A stretch of 64,000 nucleotides of DNA from an uncultured delta proteobacterium (GTDB taxonomy: Bacteria > Desulfobacterota > Desulfobacteria > Desulfobacterales > JAFDCJ01), in the NCBI GenBank assembly GCA_963769935.1, contig CAVYNY010000011.1, positions 320,001 to 384,000 of the forward strand, given 5' to 3'. Below the pieces are notes generated by a model. The model was not told where the DNA came from. It saw nothing but the letters and a program-made list of their open reading frames with translations, and searched no databases. The translations under genes were made by a program, and so were the position numbers. The first letter of the stretch is position 1. Each line of letters begins with the position of its first letter. This document shows positions 19,220-28,834 of the stretch, piece by piece.

Positions 19220-19274
19220 GGAATCGTCAGGAAGCCCTTGGATTTTAAAAGAAGTACTTTAGGAGTTTTGAGTC

Positions 19275-19475
19275 ATGGCTCAGGGAACAGTTAAGTGGTT
19301 CAACAACAAACGAGGTTGGGGGTTTATTGTCAAAGAAGACGGAGAAGACATCTTCGTTCACTACTCGGCCATTAAAGGAGACGGTTTCAAATCCCTTGCC
19401 GAAGGCCAGCGGGTGCAGTTTGAAATTGAAGAGGGCGAGAAAGGCCCTGCAGCAGCGAATGTCGAGGCGGTTTAA
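19275..19475 (+). CDS. Cold-shock protein (CspA family)
   Basis: GTVKWFN, GWGFI and DIFVHYSAI motifs; AGGAG RBS. Confidence 0.97.
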   Translation: MAQGTVKWFNNKRGWGFIVKEDGEDIFVHYSAIKGDGFKSLAEGQRVQFEIEEGEKGPAAANVEAV

Positions 19476-19510
19476 AAGGCATCGCGCAAACTCGCAGATA
19501 TTTTAATGGT

Positions 19511-21208
19511 TCACTTTTCCAGCAGCTCGCGGGCATGATTCAGGGTTGCCTGGGTTATTTCCTCACCGCCCAGCATCCTGGCAATTTCCTGATACCGATC
19601 CTGCTTGCTCAGCGGCCGGATGACCGTGCGCGTTCGACCATCTGCAACGTGTTTGGATATGCTGAAATGATGCCGCCCGAATTTAGCTATCTGCGGCAGA
19701 TGGGTAATACAGATGACCTGGTAGTGCTTTCCCAGTTCGGATAATTTGCGGCCCACCACTTCCGCCGTGCCGCCGCCGATGCCGGCATCGACTTCATCAA
19801 AAACCACCGTCTCCACCGAATCGGTCTCTGCCAGAATGGCCTTCAGGGCCAGGATCACCCTGGACAGTTCACCACCGGATGCAATGCCCGCCAGCGGTTT
19901 TAATTCTTCGCCGATGTTGGGGGCAATCATAAAAACCGCCCGGTCAAGACCGGTTTCGGTGAGAGATTGGCTCTCCACTTTCAGATGCGGATCGGATTTT
20001 TCATTCCAGGGTATCAGCTGCACGCTGGCATCAAAAACCGTTTGGGCCATTTTGAGGGAGGCCAGCTCCCGGCTGACCTTTTCGGCCAGATTTTCGGCGG
20101 CTTTTTTCCTTTGCCTGGAAAGCTGCAGGGCCAGCTCGGCACAGCGACGGTTTAAATTGGAGAGTTTTTTTTCGGTTGCCGCTATTTTTTCGCTGATGTT
20201 TTCGACATCTGCAAGGTCCCGTTCAATAGTTGCGAGCTGGGACAGCACAGTCGTCAGAGACCCACCGTATTTGCGCTTGAGCTTGTTGAGCTTATCCAGG
20301 CGCTCTTCGACTTCCTCGAGCCGCTGGTCGTCCAGCCGGATCAATTTCAGATAGGATCTGAGCTGTTCAATCAGATCTTCGATCTGGTAGGCGGACTCCG
20401 CCAGACCGTCGGCAGTGGTTTTCAGCCGGGATTCGATCTGAGCAGCCCGATCAAGGTTTTTCTTTACCCCCAATAACCGGTCGATGACCGATCCCGATGC
20501 ACCGTAAAGCTCTTCTATGCTGCCGTGAACTACCTGATAGAGCATCTCGGCATTTTTCAAGCGCAAACGTTCCTGCTCCAGCTCGATGTCTTCGCCCGCG
20601 ACAATTCCGGCTGCGGATATTTCATCTTTTTGAAACTGCAGCAACGCCAGGTGTTCGGCCTGTCGTTGGTGGATGTTCTTCAAATTCTTGAGTTCATCGA
20701 TCAGGGGAAGTATCCGATGGTAGAGATCGAAGACCTGCTGCCGTTGCGGCATCAACCCGCCGAACCGGTCGATAATCAAAAGATGCTGATCTTCTTTCAA
20801 CAGACCCTGGTGGGCATGCTGGCCTGAAATGCTGGCCAGATTTTCGGTGATGGCGTTTAATATCCCAATGGTTGCCAGACGTCCGTTAATATATATCCGG
20901 TTGCTGTCTGAGCGGGAGATGACTCTTCTGATCAGCAGGCCTTCTTCGGCACCATATCCCTGTCCGGACATGCTCCGGGCGACACTGCTGGTCGTCGAAA
21001 TGTGAAATAATGCTTCCAGTTCGGCTGCCTTGGCACCCGTGCGCACCAGATCGGCCGAGGCGCGGCTTCCGAGCAGCAGATTGACCGCATTGAGGATAAT
21101 CGATTTGCCGGCCCCGGTTTCTCCGCTCAATATGGTGAGGCCATCCGAGAAACTGATTTTCAGATCGTCGATGATGGCAAAATTTCGAATTGATAATTCT
21201 TTAAGCAT
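19511..21208 (-). CDS. recN: DNA repair protein RecN
   Basis: GETGAGKS, ASGGELSR, FDEVDAGIGG and ITHLPQ motifs. Confidence 0.97.
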   Translation of the reverse strand: MLKELSIRNFAIIDDLKISFSDGLTILSGETGAGKSIILNAVNLLLGSRASADLVRTGAKAAELEALFHISTTSSVARSMSGQGYGAEEGLLIRRVISRSDSNRIYINGRLATIGILNAITENLASISGQHAHQGLLKEDQHLLIIDRFGGLMPQRQQVFDLYHRILPLIDELKNLKNIHQRQAEHLALLQFQKDEISAAGIVAGEDIELEQERLRLKNAEMLYQVVHGSIEELYGASGSVIDRLLGVKKNLDRAAQIESRLKTTADGLAESAYQIEDLIEQLRSYLKLIRLDDQRLEEVEERLDKLNKLKRKYGGSLTTVLSQLATIERDLADVENISEKIAATEKKLSNLNRRCAELALQLSRQRKKAAENLAEKVSRELASLKMAQTVFDASVQLIPWNEKSDPHLKVESQSLTETGLDRAVFMIAPNIGEELKPLAGIASGGELSRVILALKAILAETDSVETVVFDEVDAGIGGGTAEVVGRKLSELGKHYQVICITHLPQIAKFGRHHFSISKHVADGRTRTVIRPLSKQDRYQEIARMLGGEEITQATLNHARELLEK

Positions 21209-21217
21209 TGCTTGTTT

Positions 21218-22174
21218 TCAGAATTGATCGGTATCCTCTGTACCGTAGCGCCTACCGATAAAATTATCCATAAAGCGGCGGACGTCGGGCGACTCACATT
21301 TGTGCTCTGAAAGTCGGATGTCTTCGATTATTCCGCGTTTTATCAGGATATGTGCGTAAACATCACTGTCATTGAATTTGAATCGGTGAATGGCAGAAAA
21401 TTCGGGCGTCCGGCCGAACGTCCAGTCCCATGATCGATATTTTTCTTCGGCCAGGCGGCTGACGGCGCGCCAGTCGCCGACCGTCAAGCGGTATACTCGC
21501 AACTCACCGAAGGCGTGGGCTATATCGGCGGTTAACTCCTTCAGGAAGGCTTCCATATTCATGGAACGGTGCAAATGATGCGAAATATTGGTTACCTTGC
21601 TCCGGATGGATGCAATGGCGCGGGAATGGGTAATTTCCAACCTTGATTCCAGCACCCGATGCAGTATGTCCAGCCGGGCATCAAAGAGCAAGGTGCCGTG
21701 GCTGAGCATTCGCTGCATGTTGGTATGCTGTGAATTGCCGGATATTTTTTCGCCGTCAACGATGATATTGGTTTTTTCCGTGAGCTGTGCCGGCACCCCT
21801 AATTGCTGCAGGGTTTTTAAAACAGGCTGCAAAAGCGTCTTGAAATAAGCCAGCATTTCGCCGTTAAACGCCGTAATAAAGCTGAAATTCAAATTCCCCG
21901 GGTCATGGTAAACCGTGCCGCCGCCTGAAATGCGGCGCACCGGCCGGATCTTATGCTGTCGGGCAAATTCAAAATTTACTTCCTGAAACGGGTTCTGGTG
22001 ATTGCCGATGATTATCGACGGTTGGTTGATGTAAAACAGTACATAGTCATGGCGGGCATCCAGGTTGCGGTAGCAATATTCCTCAAGTGCCAGATTAACG
22101 GTGGGGTCGGTGACGCCTTGGTTGTCTATCAAAAGCATGCCGCGAAGGCTCCCGGTTGTTGACATTGAAAACAC
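21218..22174 (-). CDS. lplA: Lipoate-protein ligase A
   Basis: NLALEEY, RRISGGGTVYHD, KISGNSQ and HGTLL motifs. Confidence 0.9.
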   Translation of the reverse strand: MFSMSTTGSLRGMLLIDNQGVTDPTVNLALEEYCYRNLDARHDYVLFYINQPSIIIGNHQNPFQEVNFEFARQHKIRPVRRISGGGTVYHDPGNLNFSFITAFNGEMLAYFKTLLQPVLKTLQQLGVPAQLTEKTNIIVDGEKISGNSQHTNMQRMLSHGTLLFDARLDILHRVLESRLEITHSRAIASIRSKVTNISHHLHRSMNMEAFLKELTADIAHAFGELRVYRLTVGDWRAVSRLAEEKYRSWDWTFGRTPEFSAIHRFKFNDSDVYAHILIKRGIIEDIRLSEHKCESPDVRRFMDNFIGRRYGTEDTDQF

Positions 22175-22190
22175 AGGTCTCTATGTCAGA

Positions 22191-22482
22191 TCAGAGATAA
22201 TAGGCTTTGCCGTAATCGAATGCCATGGGGTATTGGAATAATGGAATGTTGGAATACTGAAGACCCGCGTCGGGCGGATGAGATGTATTTTTATATGGAT
22301 GGCCCTGATCAAAAATTAAAATCAGGATATCATCCGCTTTTCGCCCCCAACATTCCATTTTTCTCTCCGATCCGTAGGCTCTACGAGCCGGAGGCCATCA
22401 TTCCAATATTCCCTTTATTTCCGACCGAAACCACTACCCTTTTGGGGTGAAATCGAAGCCTGGCTATCCTGGCCGGGATTCT
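22191..22482. repeat. Dispersed ~280 bp element, copy 1, carrying a nested ~33 bp insert at 22363-22395
   Basis: Colinear with 25510-25775; TGGAATA/TATTCCA inverted 8-mer arrays and a shared 3' block. Confidence 0.8.
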
Positions 22483-23004
22483 TCACCTTTCGGCGGCCAG
22501 TTTATCCAGTGCCTCCCCCGTCAGGCGATACAAAATCCATTCCTTCATAGGTTTTGCGTTCAGCCTGTCATAGGTTCGGATGGCCGGTTCATTCCAGTTC
22601 AATACCGACCATTCAAATCGCGCGCAATTGCGTTCCTTTGCAAGTCGGGCGATATGCACCAGCATCCTGCGGCCAAAGCCCAATCTGCGGTATTCCGGTT
22701 TGACGTAAAGATCTTCAAGGTATATCCCCGGCTTGCCGATGAAGGTCGAATAATTATAAAAAAAGAGGGCAAAACTGACCGGAATTCCTTCCCACTCTCC
22801 GATCAAGGCTTCGGCAAACGGATGCGACCCAAAGAGAGATTGGCAAATATCTTCCGGCGTCGCCACGACTTCGTGTGAAAGACGTTCAAAGTCGGCCAGG
22901 TCCTTTATTAAAGACAATATCGTGCCGGCATCATTTTCAGTAGCCGGTCTTATCGTAAAATCTGATTTTTCAGCTTCCCCTTCGATCAACTCATTATTGT
23001 TCAA
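22483..23004 (-). CDS. GNAT family N-acetyltransferase
   Basis: IYLEDLYV..EYRRLGFG and WSVLNWNEPAI motifs. Confidence 0.9.
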   Translation of the reverse strand: MNNNELIEGEAEKSDFTIRPATENDAGTILSLIKDLADFERLSHEVVATPEDICQSLFGSHPFAEALIGEWEGIPVSFALFFYNYSTFIGKPGIYLEDLYVKPEYRRLGFGRRMLVHIARLAKERNCARFEWSVLNWNEPAIRTYDRLNAKPMKEWILYRLTGEALDKLAAER

Positions 23005-23024
23005 GGTGGAACCTCCAAGGTGAT

Positions 23025-23624
23025 TTAATCGTCTTTGAATTGAAAGCCCATGGCGGCAACGGTTTGTCGATCCCCGGGGCGATTGCGTTGGAACAGGTAT
23101 TCTGCCACCGTGCGCCTGTCTTCCTCGGATTTGTTCTGGATCAGGTCGCTTTTGGCCGAGATGGAATCAGGCTTGATCACGATCACTTCGCAAGCCTTGT
23201 AACCGGACATGTCGGCGGCGACCTTCTTAAAATTATCGGTGTTTTCATGCTTGGCGATCAGGGCATTCAGCGCGGCCAGTTTCGGAGTGCCGTCTTTGAC
23301 AACGGCGGCGGTTCCGCGAATGATGACGCAGTGGTAGAATTGGTGCAGATTACAGATGGGACGGCTTGGATCCAGGCCGATGTCAATGTAGGCAAGCGGC
23401 ACATCAACTTCAAAGCACACCCGGGGGTCGCGGATCAGGTTGTTCAGTTTCTCACCTTGGGGGGCACAATGAAAATAAATGCTGCCGTCCAAACTCACGA
23501 AATTTACTGGGGTGATGTAGGGATAGCCGTCCTGCCCGTTGGTGGCTAAGCGGCCGACATTGGTCAACGACAGAATCCGCTGAATTTCTTTGGTATCGGT
23601 AATTTCGCTGTGGTTGCGTCGCAT
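23025..23624 (-). CDS. Pyridoxamine 5'-phosphate oxidase-like flavin-binding protein (NimA family)
   Basis: MRR start, GRLAT, PYITPVNF, IYFHCA..GEK and VCFEVD motifs. Confidence 0.85.
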   Translation of the reverse strand: MRRNHSEITDTKEIQRILSLTNVGRLATNGQDGYPYITPVNFVSLDGSIYFHCAPQGEKLNNLIRDPRVCFEVDVPLAYIDIGLDPSRPICNLHQFYHCVIIRGTAAVVKDGTPKLAALNALIAKHENTDNFKKVAADMSGYKACEVIVIKPDSISAKSDLIQNKSEEDRRTVAEYLFQRNRPGDRQTVAAMGFQFKDD

Positions 23625-23742
23625 CTAAAAGCATCCTTTCTCCATTTTTTTTTGCTCGATCTAAATAGACCGCAAGCCAAGAATAATCAAGCCCATTTTC
23701 GCCTGGTTGAGATTTTACATAAAAAGGGGATGCGGCAGCCGG

Positions 23743-24155
23743 CTATGGTTTTCGCGCTTCAACTTCAAGCCTGACCATCGGCACATGAACGTTGCCATCC
23801 TGACCCGGGGCCCATGTTTGAATATAGCTAGCGACAAGTTCGTCAATAAATGCGTTTCGTTGCTTTTCAGGAATTCTGTGGGTATACGGCAGCCAGGTCG
23901 TTCGAATCCATGCGGCAAACTCAGCCTTTCCCGCATGCGTCATATCTTTTGGAATCAGCTCAGATCGAATCGAAAGAAACCCGGCCCGTTTCAGCCATAC
24001 CTTGTAATCACTAGGATCATGAAACCCATAGGGGAACTCAAAACCTGTAAAAAAAGGACGCCAGCGGGCCGTTTTTTGCAGCGCCTTCAAAACCTTGACA
24101 ATAGGGGCGGCGTTTCCGCGACCACCCATCTGCAATAAAATACGGCATTCCAGTC
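23743..24155 (-). pseudogene. C-terminal fragment of a class I SAM methyltransferase (Tam-like)
   Basis: LLQMGGRGNAA, WIRTTWLPY and VPMVRLEVEA motifs; SAM-binding N-terminus missing. Confidence 0.6.
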
Positions 24156-24163
24156 GTAATTTT

Positions 24164-24877
24164 TCATTCTCTGAGTTTTTGGCAGATTCGACCAAAGATA
24201 TATTCGAACTGCTCAGGATTGCCGGACCGCAGATCAGTGAACACAAAATGGGATGCCTTGGGGGCGACATACAGTTCACGCTCTGAAGAATTGACAGCTG
24301 AATCGTAGATCCTGGTGATGACGCCGCGCGGGATAATCCGGTCTTCTTCTGCGGCAATAATCAACAGGCGACCCCGATAGCCTGCCAGTATTTGCCACGC
24401 ATCGGAATGCTTCCAGCTTTGCGGCTGCCGAATGATGTCGGAGAATCCCCGGTTGAATGGGATCGTATAGGCCTGGGCGGCATACATGGCGGGCACTAAG
24501 AGGACCAAGCTTTTTATCCGGTAATGTTCGAGCAGCTTTACAGCCGTATAGGCCGACATACTGGCCCCCATCAGCGCCAAAGGCTGCTTCAGTTTCAGCG
24601 CATCGACAACCCTGCAGGCCTGTCGGGTCCGGCTGCTGAGGCTGGAGCTTTTCAGCTCGCCGCCGGTATCGCCATGGCCCATGAAATCAAAGGCCGCCGA
24701 GGATATACCTGCCGCCAGGAGTTCTTCCCTGAGCAATTGAAAACGCTGCCGGCAGGAGTCCCCGGCGCCATGCAGAATCAGGAGCTGCGGAGGGCTGCCG
24801 TCGGATAGCACATCGCCGATCAAAGTGTGGCTTTCAAAGCCAACCCGTACCAAATGTCGTTCTGCTTTGCCATTCAT
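24164..24877 (-). CDS. Alpha/beta hydrolase
   Basis: LHGAG, FDFMGHG and GASMS nucleophile elbow. Confidence 0.85.
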   Translation of the reverse strand: MNGKAERHLVRVGFESHTLIGDVLSDGSPPQLLILHGAGDSCRQRFQLLREELLAAGISSAAFDFMGHGDTGGELKSSSLSSRTRQACRVVDALKLKQPLALMGASMSAYTAVKLLEHYRIKSLVLLVPAMYAAQAYTIPFNRGFSDIIRQPQSWKHSDAWQILAGYRGRLLIIAAEEDRIIPRGVITRIYDSAVNSSERELYVAPKASHFVFTDLRSGNPEQFEYIFGRICQKLRE

Positions 24878-24985
24878 TAATTTATTAAAATTATTAATTT
24901 TTCCCGAGGCTTTGCCTGCAGTAATGATAAAATATTGGCTCTAGACATGGCAATTATTCGATTCACCATAAATTGCCGGGAAAAA

Positions 24986-25471
24986 TTACAGGAAGCGTAC
25001 GATCACAAAAATGCCCAGCATGGCGAAGGCCAGACTCAACTTGGCGGCGATTCCCAGCGCCAGACCCAGTGTTGCACCGATACCGGCCATGCCGGCGGCC
25101 CGCAGATTCGGACGGTTTAAAAGCTCACCCAGAACGGCACCGATAAAAGGGCCCAGCAGAATTCCGGGAATTCCAAAAAATATGCCGATGATCGCACCCA
25201 ACGTGGCCCCGATGATGGCAAGACGGGAAGCACCGAAATGTTTGGCGCCGAAGGCGCTTGCCAAAAAGTCGACGGCATAGGTGAGGACTGCCATAACACC
25301 CAGGACCGTCAGAGTTTTAGCGCCCGCATACGCGAAGTTCTCAGCCCAGGACGCCGCCACGAGCCCTGCGAACAACAGGGGCGCGCCGGGCAGGGCCGGA
25401 AAAATCAGACCCGCCATTCCGGCGGCTACCAGGATAATGGCCAACAACCAGAGTATGATTTGGATATGCAT
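24986..25471 (-). CDS. DUF456 family membrane protein
   Basis: P-LPG, GA..FGAS and GPFIGAVLGE motifs. Confidence 0.85.
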   Translation of the reverse strand: MHIQIILWLLAIILVAAGMAGLIFPALPGAPLLFAGLVAASWAENFAYAGAKTLTVLGVMAVLTYAVDFLASAFGAKHFGASRLAIIGATLGAIIGIFFGIPGILLGPFIGAVLGELLNRPNLRAAGMAGIGATLGLALGIAAKLSLAFAMLGIFVIVRFL

Positions 25472-25490
25472 TTTATTCCAACATTGAAAA

Positions 25491-25775
25491 CCTGGTCCTT
25501 TGGGCCAAGTCAGAGGAGATTGGCTTTGCCGTGAACCTATGCCGTGGAGTGATGGAATATTGGAATGTTGGAATACTGGGTTTGGCGGAATTAGATCTGT
25601 TTTTATATGAATGGCACGGACCAGACAATAAAATCAGACCATCAACCACTTTTGATCCGCTATAATCAATATTCCATTTTTCCAGTATTCCATTATTCCA
25701 TAGGTACTCTATCAGCAAACACCACCCCTATGGGGTGAAGTCAAAGCCTGACCCTCTGGGCCAGGATTCTTTACT
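25491..25775. repeat. Dispersed ~280 bp element, copy 2
   Basis: Colinear with 22191-22482; CCTG..CC..TGGGCCA block present at both ends. Confidence 0.8.
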
Positions 25776-25780
25776 TCAGC

Positions 25781-26551
25781 TTAAAAGCAACTGTACCCGC
25801 CGTCGATTACTACGGCATCACCGGAATGATAGGCGCTGGCATCGCTGGCAAAGTAGACGGCGATCGGGCCGAAATCAGCCGGGACCCCCCAGCGCCTTTG
25901 CGGAATGCGCGGGATGACATTTTTTTCGAACTTTTGCACGGCGAAAAGCGAAGCGGTCATATCCGTTTCAATCCAGCCGGGCAAAATTGCATTTGCCCTT
26001 ATGCCGTAGCGGGCATATTCAACCGCCAGCCCTCTGACAAGAGCAAGGACTCCCGCCTTGGTAGCGGCATAATGTTCGCCCGACGGCATCCCGTATTTGG
26101 CCGACAGGCTGCTGGTAGCAACCAGCGAGCCGCCGTCTCCTTTTTCCATCATATGCCGCACCGCCGCTCTGAAGGTGAAGAAGACGCCCTCCATGTTGAT
26201 GCCGAATATACGGCGCCATTCGCTGATATCCATTTTATGAAAAGCGGTCCCCATTCGCCCAACCCCCGCATTGGCAAAGCAGGCATCCACCTTGCCCAAT
26301 GTTTCCACGGTGCGCGCAAAGGTGTATTCCACGTGCTTTTCGTCGGAAACGTCGCATTTAAAATCGATAACTTGCCGCCCGTGCAACCTCAGCTTTTCAG
26401 CCGCCGTTCTATTTTTTTGCTCATTTTGACCCCAGATGCAGATGTCGGCGCCGGCTTTGGCCAATGCCTCCGCCATTCCGAGGCCGATACCGCCGTTGCC
26501 GCCCGTAACCAGTGCGGCTTTGCCGGTAAGATCGAATGTTGAATTTGCCAT
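25781..26551 (-). CDS. SDR family oxidoreductase
   Basis: TGGNGGIG, NAG and YAATK motifs. Confidence 0.95.
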   Translation of the reverse strand: MANSTFDLTGKAALVTGGNGGIGLGMAEALAKAGADICIWGQNEQKNRTAAEKLRLHGRQVIDFKCDVSDEKHVEYTFARTVETLGKVDACFANAGVGRMGTAFHKMDISEWRRIFGINMEGVFFTFRAAVRHMMEKGDGGSLVATSSLSAKYGMPSGEHYAATKAGVLALVRGLAVEYARYGIRANAILPGWIETDMTASLFAVQKFEKNVIPRIPQRRWGVPADFGPIAVYFASDASAYHSGDAVVIDGGYSCF

Positions 26552-26626
26552 GCTAAGTCCCCCTGTTTACTAATATGAAAATATTAACTTAGACCCAACC
26601 GGATCCGCGGAGAACCAAAAAAGAAT

Positions 26627-27316
26627 TTAATCACGAAAGCACGAAAGGACGAAAACACGAAAAAGGGAAAAGATAAATTTCGTGCTTGCTAGATTTTCGT
26701 GTTTTCGTGGTGATCCGCCGTATTCATGCACGATTCCGCCGGGTCCGGCATTGATAACGACAGTATCGCCCAATCGATCGCTCATGCCGGAGCTTGCATG
26801 AATGTGCCCGCAGACAACCAATCCCGGTTTTTTTATATTTACTGTCTCTCGCACAGCCCGACTTCCCAGACTCCTGCCGTCGGATGAGCGATCCAAAATC
26901 CCTTTGGGCGGTGAGTGGCTGACCAGTATACAGCCCGGCGGGCAGCCGCGCAGTATTCCAAAGGCTTCTTCTTCCGAAAAATCGTAGCTCCATGGGCCGA
27001 AGGGAGTTGTCGGTATGCCGCCGCCGATGCCGTAAAAAACAATATCCTCAATGGTTATCCGGCTGCCGTGCAGAACATGGGCACTATGCCACGAGCGGCA
27101 GGCATTTAATAGTTCTTCTTCGGATTCGCTGTTTCCGGGCACCAACACGGTCGGCTTTTCAATCGGGGTCAAAGCGTTGATTATTTCCGCCAAGCCTCTG
27201 CGCCCAATGCAGAAATCGCCGGCTCCGACGACGACGTCAACGTTTTTGGACATTTCCACCAATTTTGATGCCGTTCGAAAATCGCTGTGCAAATCGCTGA
27301 ATAGAAGCAGCTTCAT
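26627..27316 (-). CDS. Metallophosphoesterase (Icc-related); C-terminus derived from a repeat element
   Basis: SDLH, GD, GN, HSPP and GHIH motifs. Confidence 0.88.
   Translation of the reverse strand: MKLLLFSDLHSDFRTASKLVEMSKNVDVVVGAGDFCIGRRGLAEIINALTPIEKPTVLVPGNSESEEELLNACRSWHSAHVLHGSRITIEDIVFYGIGGGIPTTPFGPWSYDFSEEEAFGILRGCPPGCILVSHSPPKGILDRSSDGRSLGSRAVRETVNIKKPGLVVCGHIHASSGMSDRLGDTVVINAGPGGIVHEYGGSPRKHENLASTKFIFSLFRVFVLSCFRD
26631..26713. repeat. Inverted CACGAAA/TTTCGTG tandem-repeat element
   Basis: CACGAAAG-CACGAAAG-GACGAAAA-CACGAAAA ... TTTCGTG x3. Confidence 0.75.
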
Positions 27317-27357
27317 ATCTAAAGGCCCTTAGACTACAGTATGTTGTCGGAACCTAA

Positions 27358-27422
27358 GGTTTCGGGTGTGCCGAAGGCGGACCGCCGGCCAAAACAACGT
27401 CCGATCTGATCGAAAAAGCAAC
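27358..27422. repeat. Dispersed ~65 bp repeat, inverted copy of 35848-35910
   Basis: GGTTTCGGGTGT...CCGCCGGCCAAAA...TCTGATCGAAA matches the reverse complement of 35848-35910. Confidence 0.65.
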
Positions 27423-27430
27423 ATAATAGT

Positions 27431-27537
27431 TCACCGCAGAGCTCGCAGCCTCCGGCCCATAGGGCCTACGCCCCGGTGGGAGAACGCCGAGAAAGTAAAT
27501 ATCAATTAGCCTCTGCGATCTGCGTTCTCAGCGGTGA
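27431..27537. repeat. Inverted 9-mer element (TCACCGCAGAG...CTCAGCGGTGA) with nested insert at 27448-27482
   Basis: Terminal inverted match; the insert resembles 22363-22395 inverted. Confidence 0.7.
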
Positions 27538-27542
27538 GACCC

Positions 27543-28277
27543 TTACATAAAATGGTTCGAATTGAAACCGGCGGCTCGCAGCAGCGGTTGATTGAGTTCA
27601 GCCAGCGAAGTTCTGCTATCGTCCGAATACAGCCAGCGGTGCATGTTGCTCTTAACAGAAGGCCAATCGTGGTCCAACATTGCGAACCAGGCGGTGTCCC
27701 GATTCCGGCCTTTGATGATATAATGCTGCCGGAAAAGGCCTTCGAAGCTGAAGCCAAGTCTTAAGGCCGCTGCCCGCGACCGTGCATTGAGGGCATCGCA
27801 TTTCCACTCGACGCGCCTGTATTTTAAGACATCAAATGCTTCGGCCAGCATCAGATAAATCGTCTCGGTATTGACTTTTGTGTGATGAACGATCGGCGAA
27901 TACCAGATGTTGCCGACCTCCAGACATCGCATCCTGGGAACAATATTCAAAAAGCTCACAACGCCCACCCGTTGGTTCAGTTCCTTTGATGTTACGGTTA
28001 GGAACAAAGGGTCGGTCGAGGCTTCACAAGTCCTTAACCACTGCTGCATTTCCGTCTCATCCGAGAAGGGGCCATAGGGCATATAAGTCCAGAGCCGGAC
28101 TTTTTCTTCACTGTCGTGTGAATTTCGATACAGCTCGGCAGCATCTGCTTCAGGATCGACCGAACCCAGATTGACATATCGACCCGCGTAAGGTCCGCGT
28201 CCGGGCGGTTGGGTCGGTGTGCAATTTTCAACCAATTCGCCCAAAGGTAAATCCGCATAAGCCGGGCTTTTAATCAT
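27543..28277 (-). CDS. GNAT acetyltransferase, RimJ/RimL family
   Basis: YRRVEWKCDALN..SRAAALRLGF.FEG and GRNRDTAW motifs. Confidence 0.92.
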   Translation of the reverse strand: MIKSPAYADLPLGELVENCTPTQPPGRGPYAGRYVNLGSVDPEADAAELYRNSHDSEEKVRLWTYMPYGPFSDETEMQQWLRTCEASTDPLFLTVTSKELNQRVGVVSFLNIVPRMRCLEVGNIWYSPIVHHTKVNTETIYLMLAEAFDVLKYRRVEWKCDALNARSRAAALRLGFSFEGLFRQHYIIKGRNRDTAWFAMLDHDWPSVKSNMHRWLYSDDSRTSLAELNQPLLRAAGFNSNHFM

Positions 28278-28293
28278 AATCGTGTTACCTCTT

Positions 28294-28755
28294 TCAACTT
28301 TCTTCTTTCCGCTCCCATAACTGGCGCGTCACCTGGGCGTGTCCCAGGTGCAGGGCGGTGTGCTCCAATGCGTGAGCCAGGGCCCAGCCCGCGGTAAAAT
28401 TTCGGTCGTCCCGGGTAGAAATACATGTCTGTTTTAAGTTGTCGAGCGTTAATTTCTCCACCACGCCCTTGACATAAACCAGACTCTGATCGAGACGCTC
28501 GGCCAGCTTTGCGGCATCAAGCCCCCGGACCTCGAACTCAGCCGCGCGGTTGCGGTCGGACGGATCCTGACAGGCCACATCGCCGATCCAATACCGTTCC
28601 GCCCCGGTTGCATGAAAAATAAGTACGCCTAGCGAATTCATGTCGGGTCCGGGAACCCAGTCCAGGGCAGCTTGAGGAAGTTCTTTTACGGTTTTTTTCA
28701 GATCCTCGTGCAGACTTTGAAGCCGTTCCAGATAATCCGCGAAAAATGGTTCCAT
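28294..28755 (-). CDS. DinB/DUF664 family protein
   Basis: NSLG.L..H..GAERYW and HALEH.A.H.GH motifs. Confidence 0.85.
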   Translation of the reverse strand: MEPFFADYLERLQSLHEDLKKTVKELPQAALDWVPGPDMNSLGVLIFHATGAERYWIGDVACQDPSDRNRAAEFEVRGLDAAKLAERLDQSLVYVKGVVEKLTLDNLKQTCISTRDDRNFTAGWALAHALEHTALHLGHAQVTRQLWERKEES

Positions 28756-28834
28756 AGATGTCCTCCCGGTTTGTTAAAAAGAGTAAAAGTCTAACGCCAA
28801 CAGCAGCTTTCGTTTTCCTAAAGAAATATAAGAT

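Noticed and set aside
25473..25718. Small ORFs within repeat elements (also 22220-22450, 35695-35901, 42328-42580)
   Set aside because: Translations mirror repeat periodicity and show no family motifs
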